Below are positions 33,569-33,618 of a stretch of DNA of 33,618 nucleotides, one piece after another. The DNA is from a virus (Duplodnaviria; Caudoviricetes): IMG/VR virus record IMGVR_UViG_3300048598_000369, positions 1 to 33,618 of that record. One strand, written 5' to 3'. Under the pieces are notes generated by a model. That model saw only the letters and a program-made list of their open reading frames with translations, did not search any database and had not been told where the DNA came from. Each line of letters begins with the position of its first letter. The stretch's first letter is position 1. The position numbers and the translations under genes are program-made.

Positions 33569-33618
33569 TATACCATTAACTCCAGCTTACTTTAATGCAT
33601 AACTCCACTTAAAGTTAA

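Noticed and set aside
33356-33595. 79-aa plus ORF
   Set aside because: Shadow-like composition; the minus-strand 57-aa ORF looks more protein-like.

Overview
This window is most of an integrated archaeal tailed-virus (Caudoviricetes-like) element. The host is archaeal: the window has a TBP gene, TATA-box/leaderless promoters, GGAGGT/AGGTGA ribosome-binding sites and an archaeal tRNA-Asn-type 3' end. A Bathyarchaeia-like host is my unverified impression. From left to right: (i) a partial B12-binding radical SAM gene and an orphan 482-aa ORF; (ii) a compact virion module (3.1-17.6 kb) with protease/scaffold, decoration protein, HK97 major capsid protein, portal, adaptor, head closure, terminator, tail tube, a tail chaperone with a clear -1 frameshift, HK97-gp10-like protein, a very short (217 aa) tape-measure-like protein and a hub, interrupted by an antisense GmrSD-like restriction gene; (iii) a cargo region with a membrane-anchored transglutaminase-like protein, a divergent TATA-binding protein, a PLD-helicase plus N6-methyltransferase restriction-modification pair and a double-SWIM protein; (iv) RHH regulator, replicative ATPase with internal iteron-like repeats, tyrosine integrase and an 18-nt tRNA 3'-end (att-like) copy at 33161-33178. 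No terminase, tail fibre, evident Dit, lysis gene or left att site is visible, so the element probably continues left of the window. The most unusual points are the mini-tailed virion with enzyme and glycan-binding domains grafted onto neck and hub proteins, and the element-borne TBP with altered DNA-contact residues. All family assignments come from motif reading by eye, not from searches.
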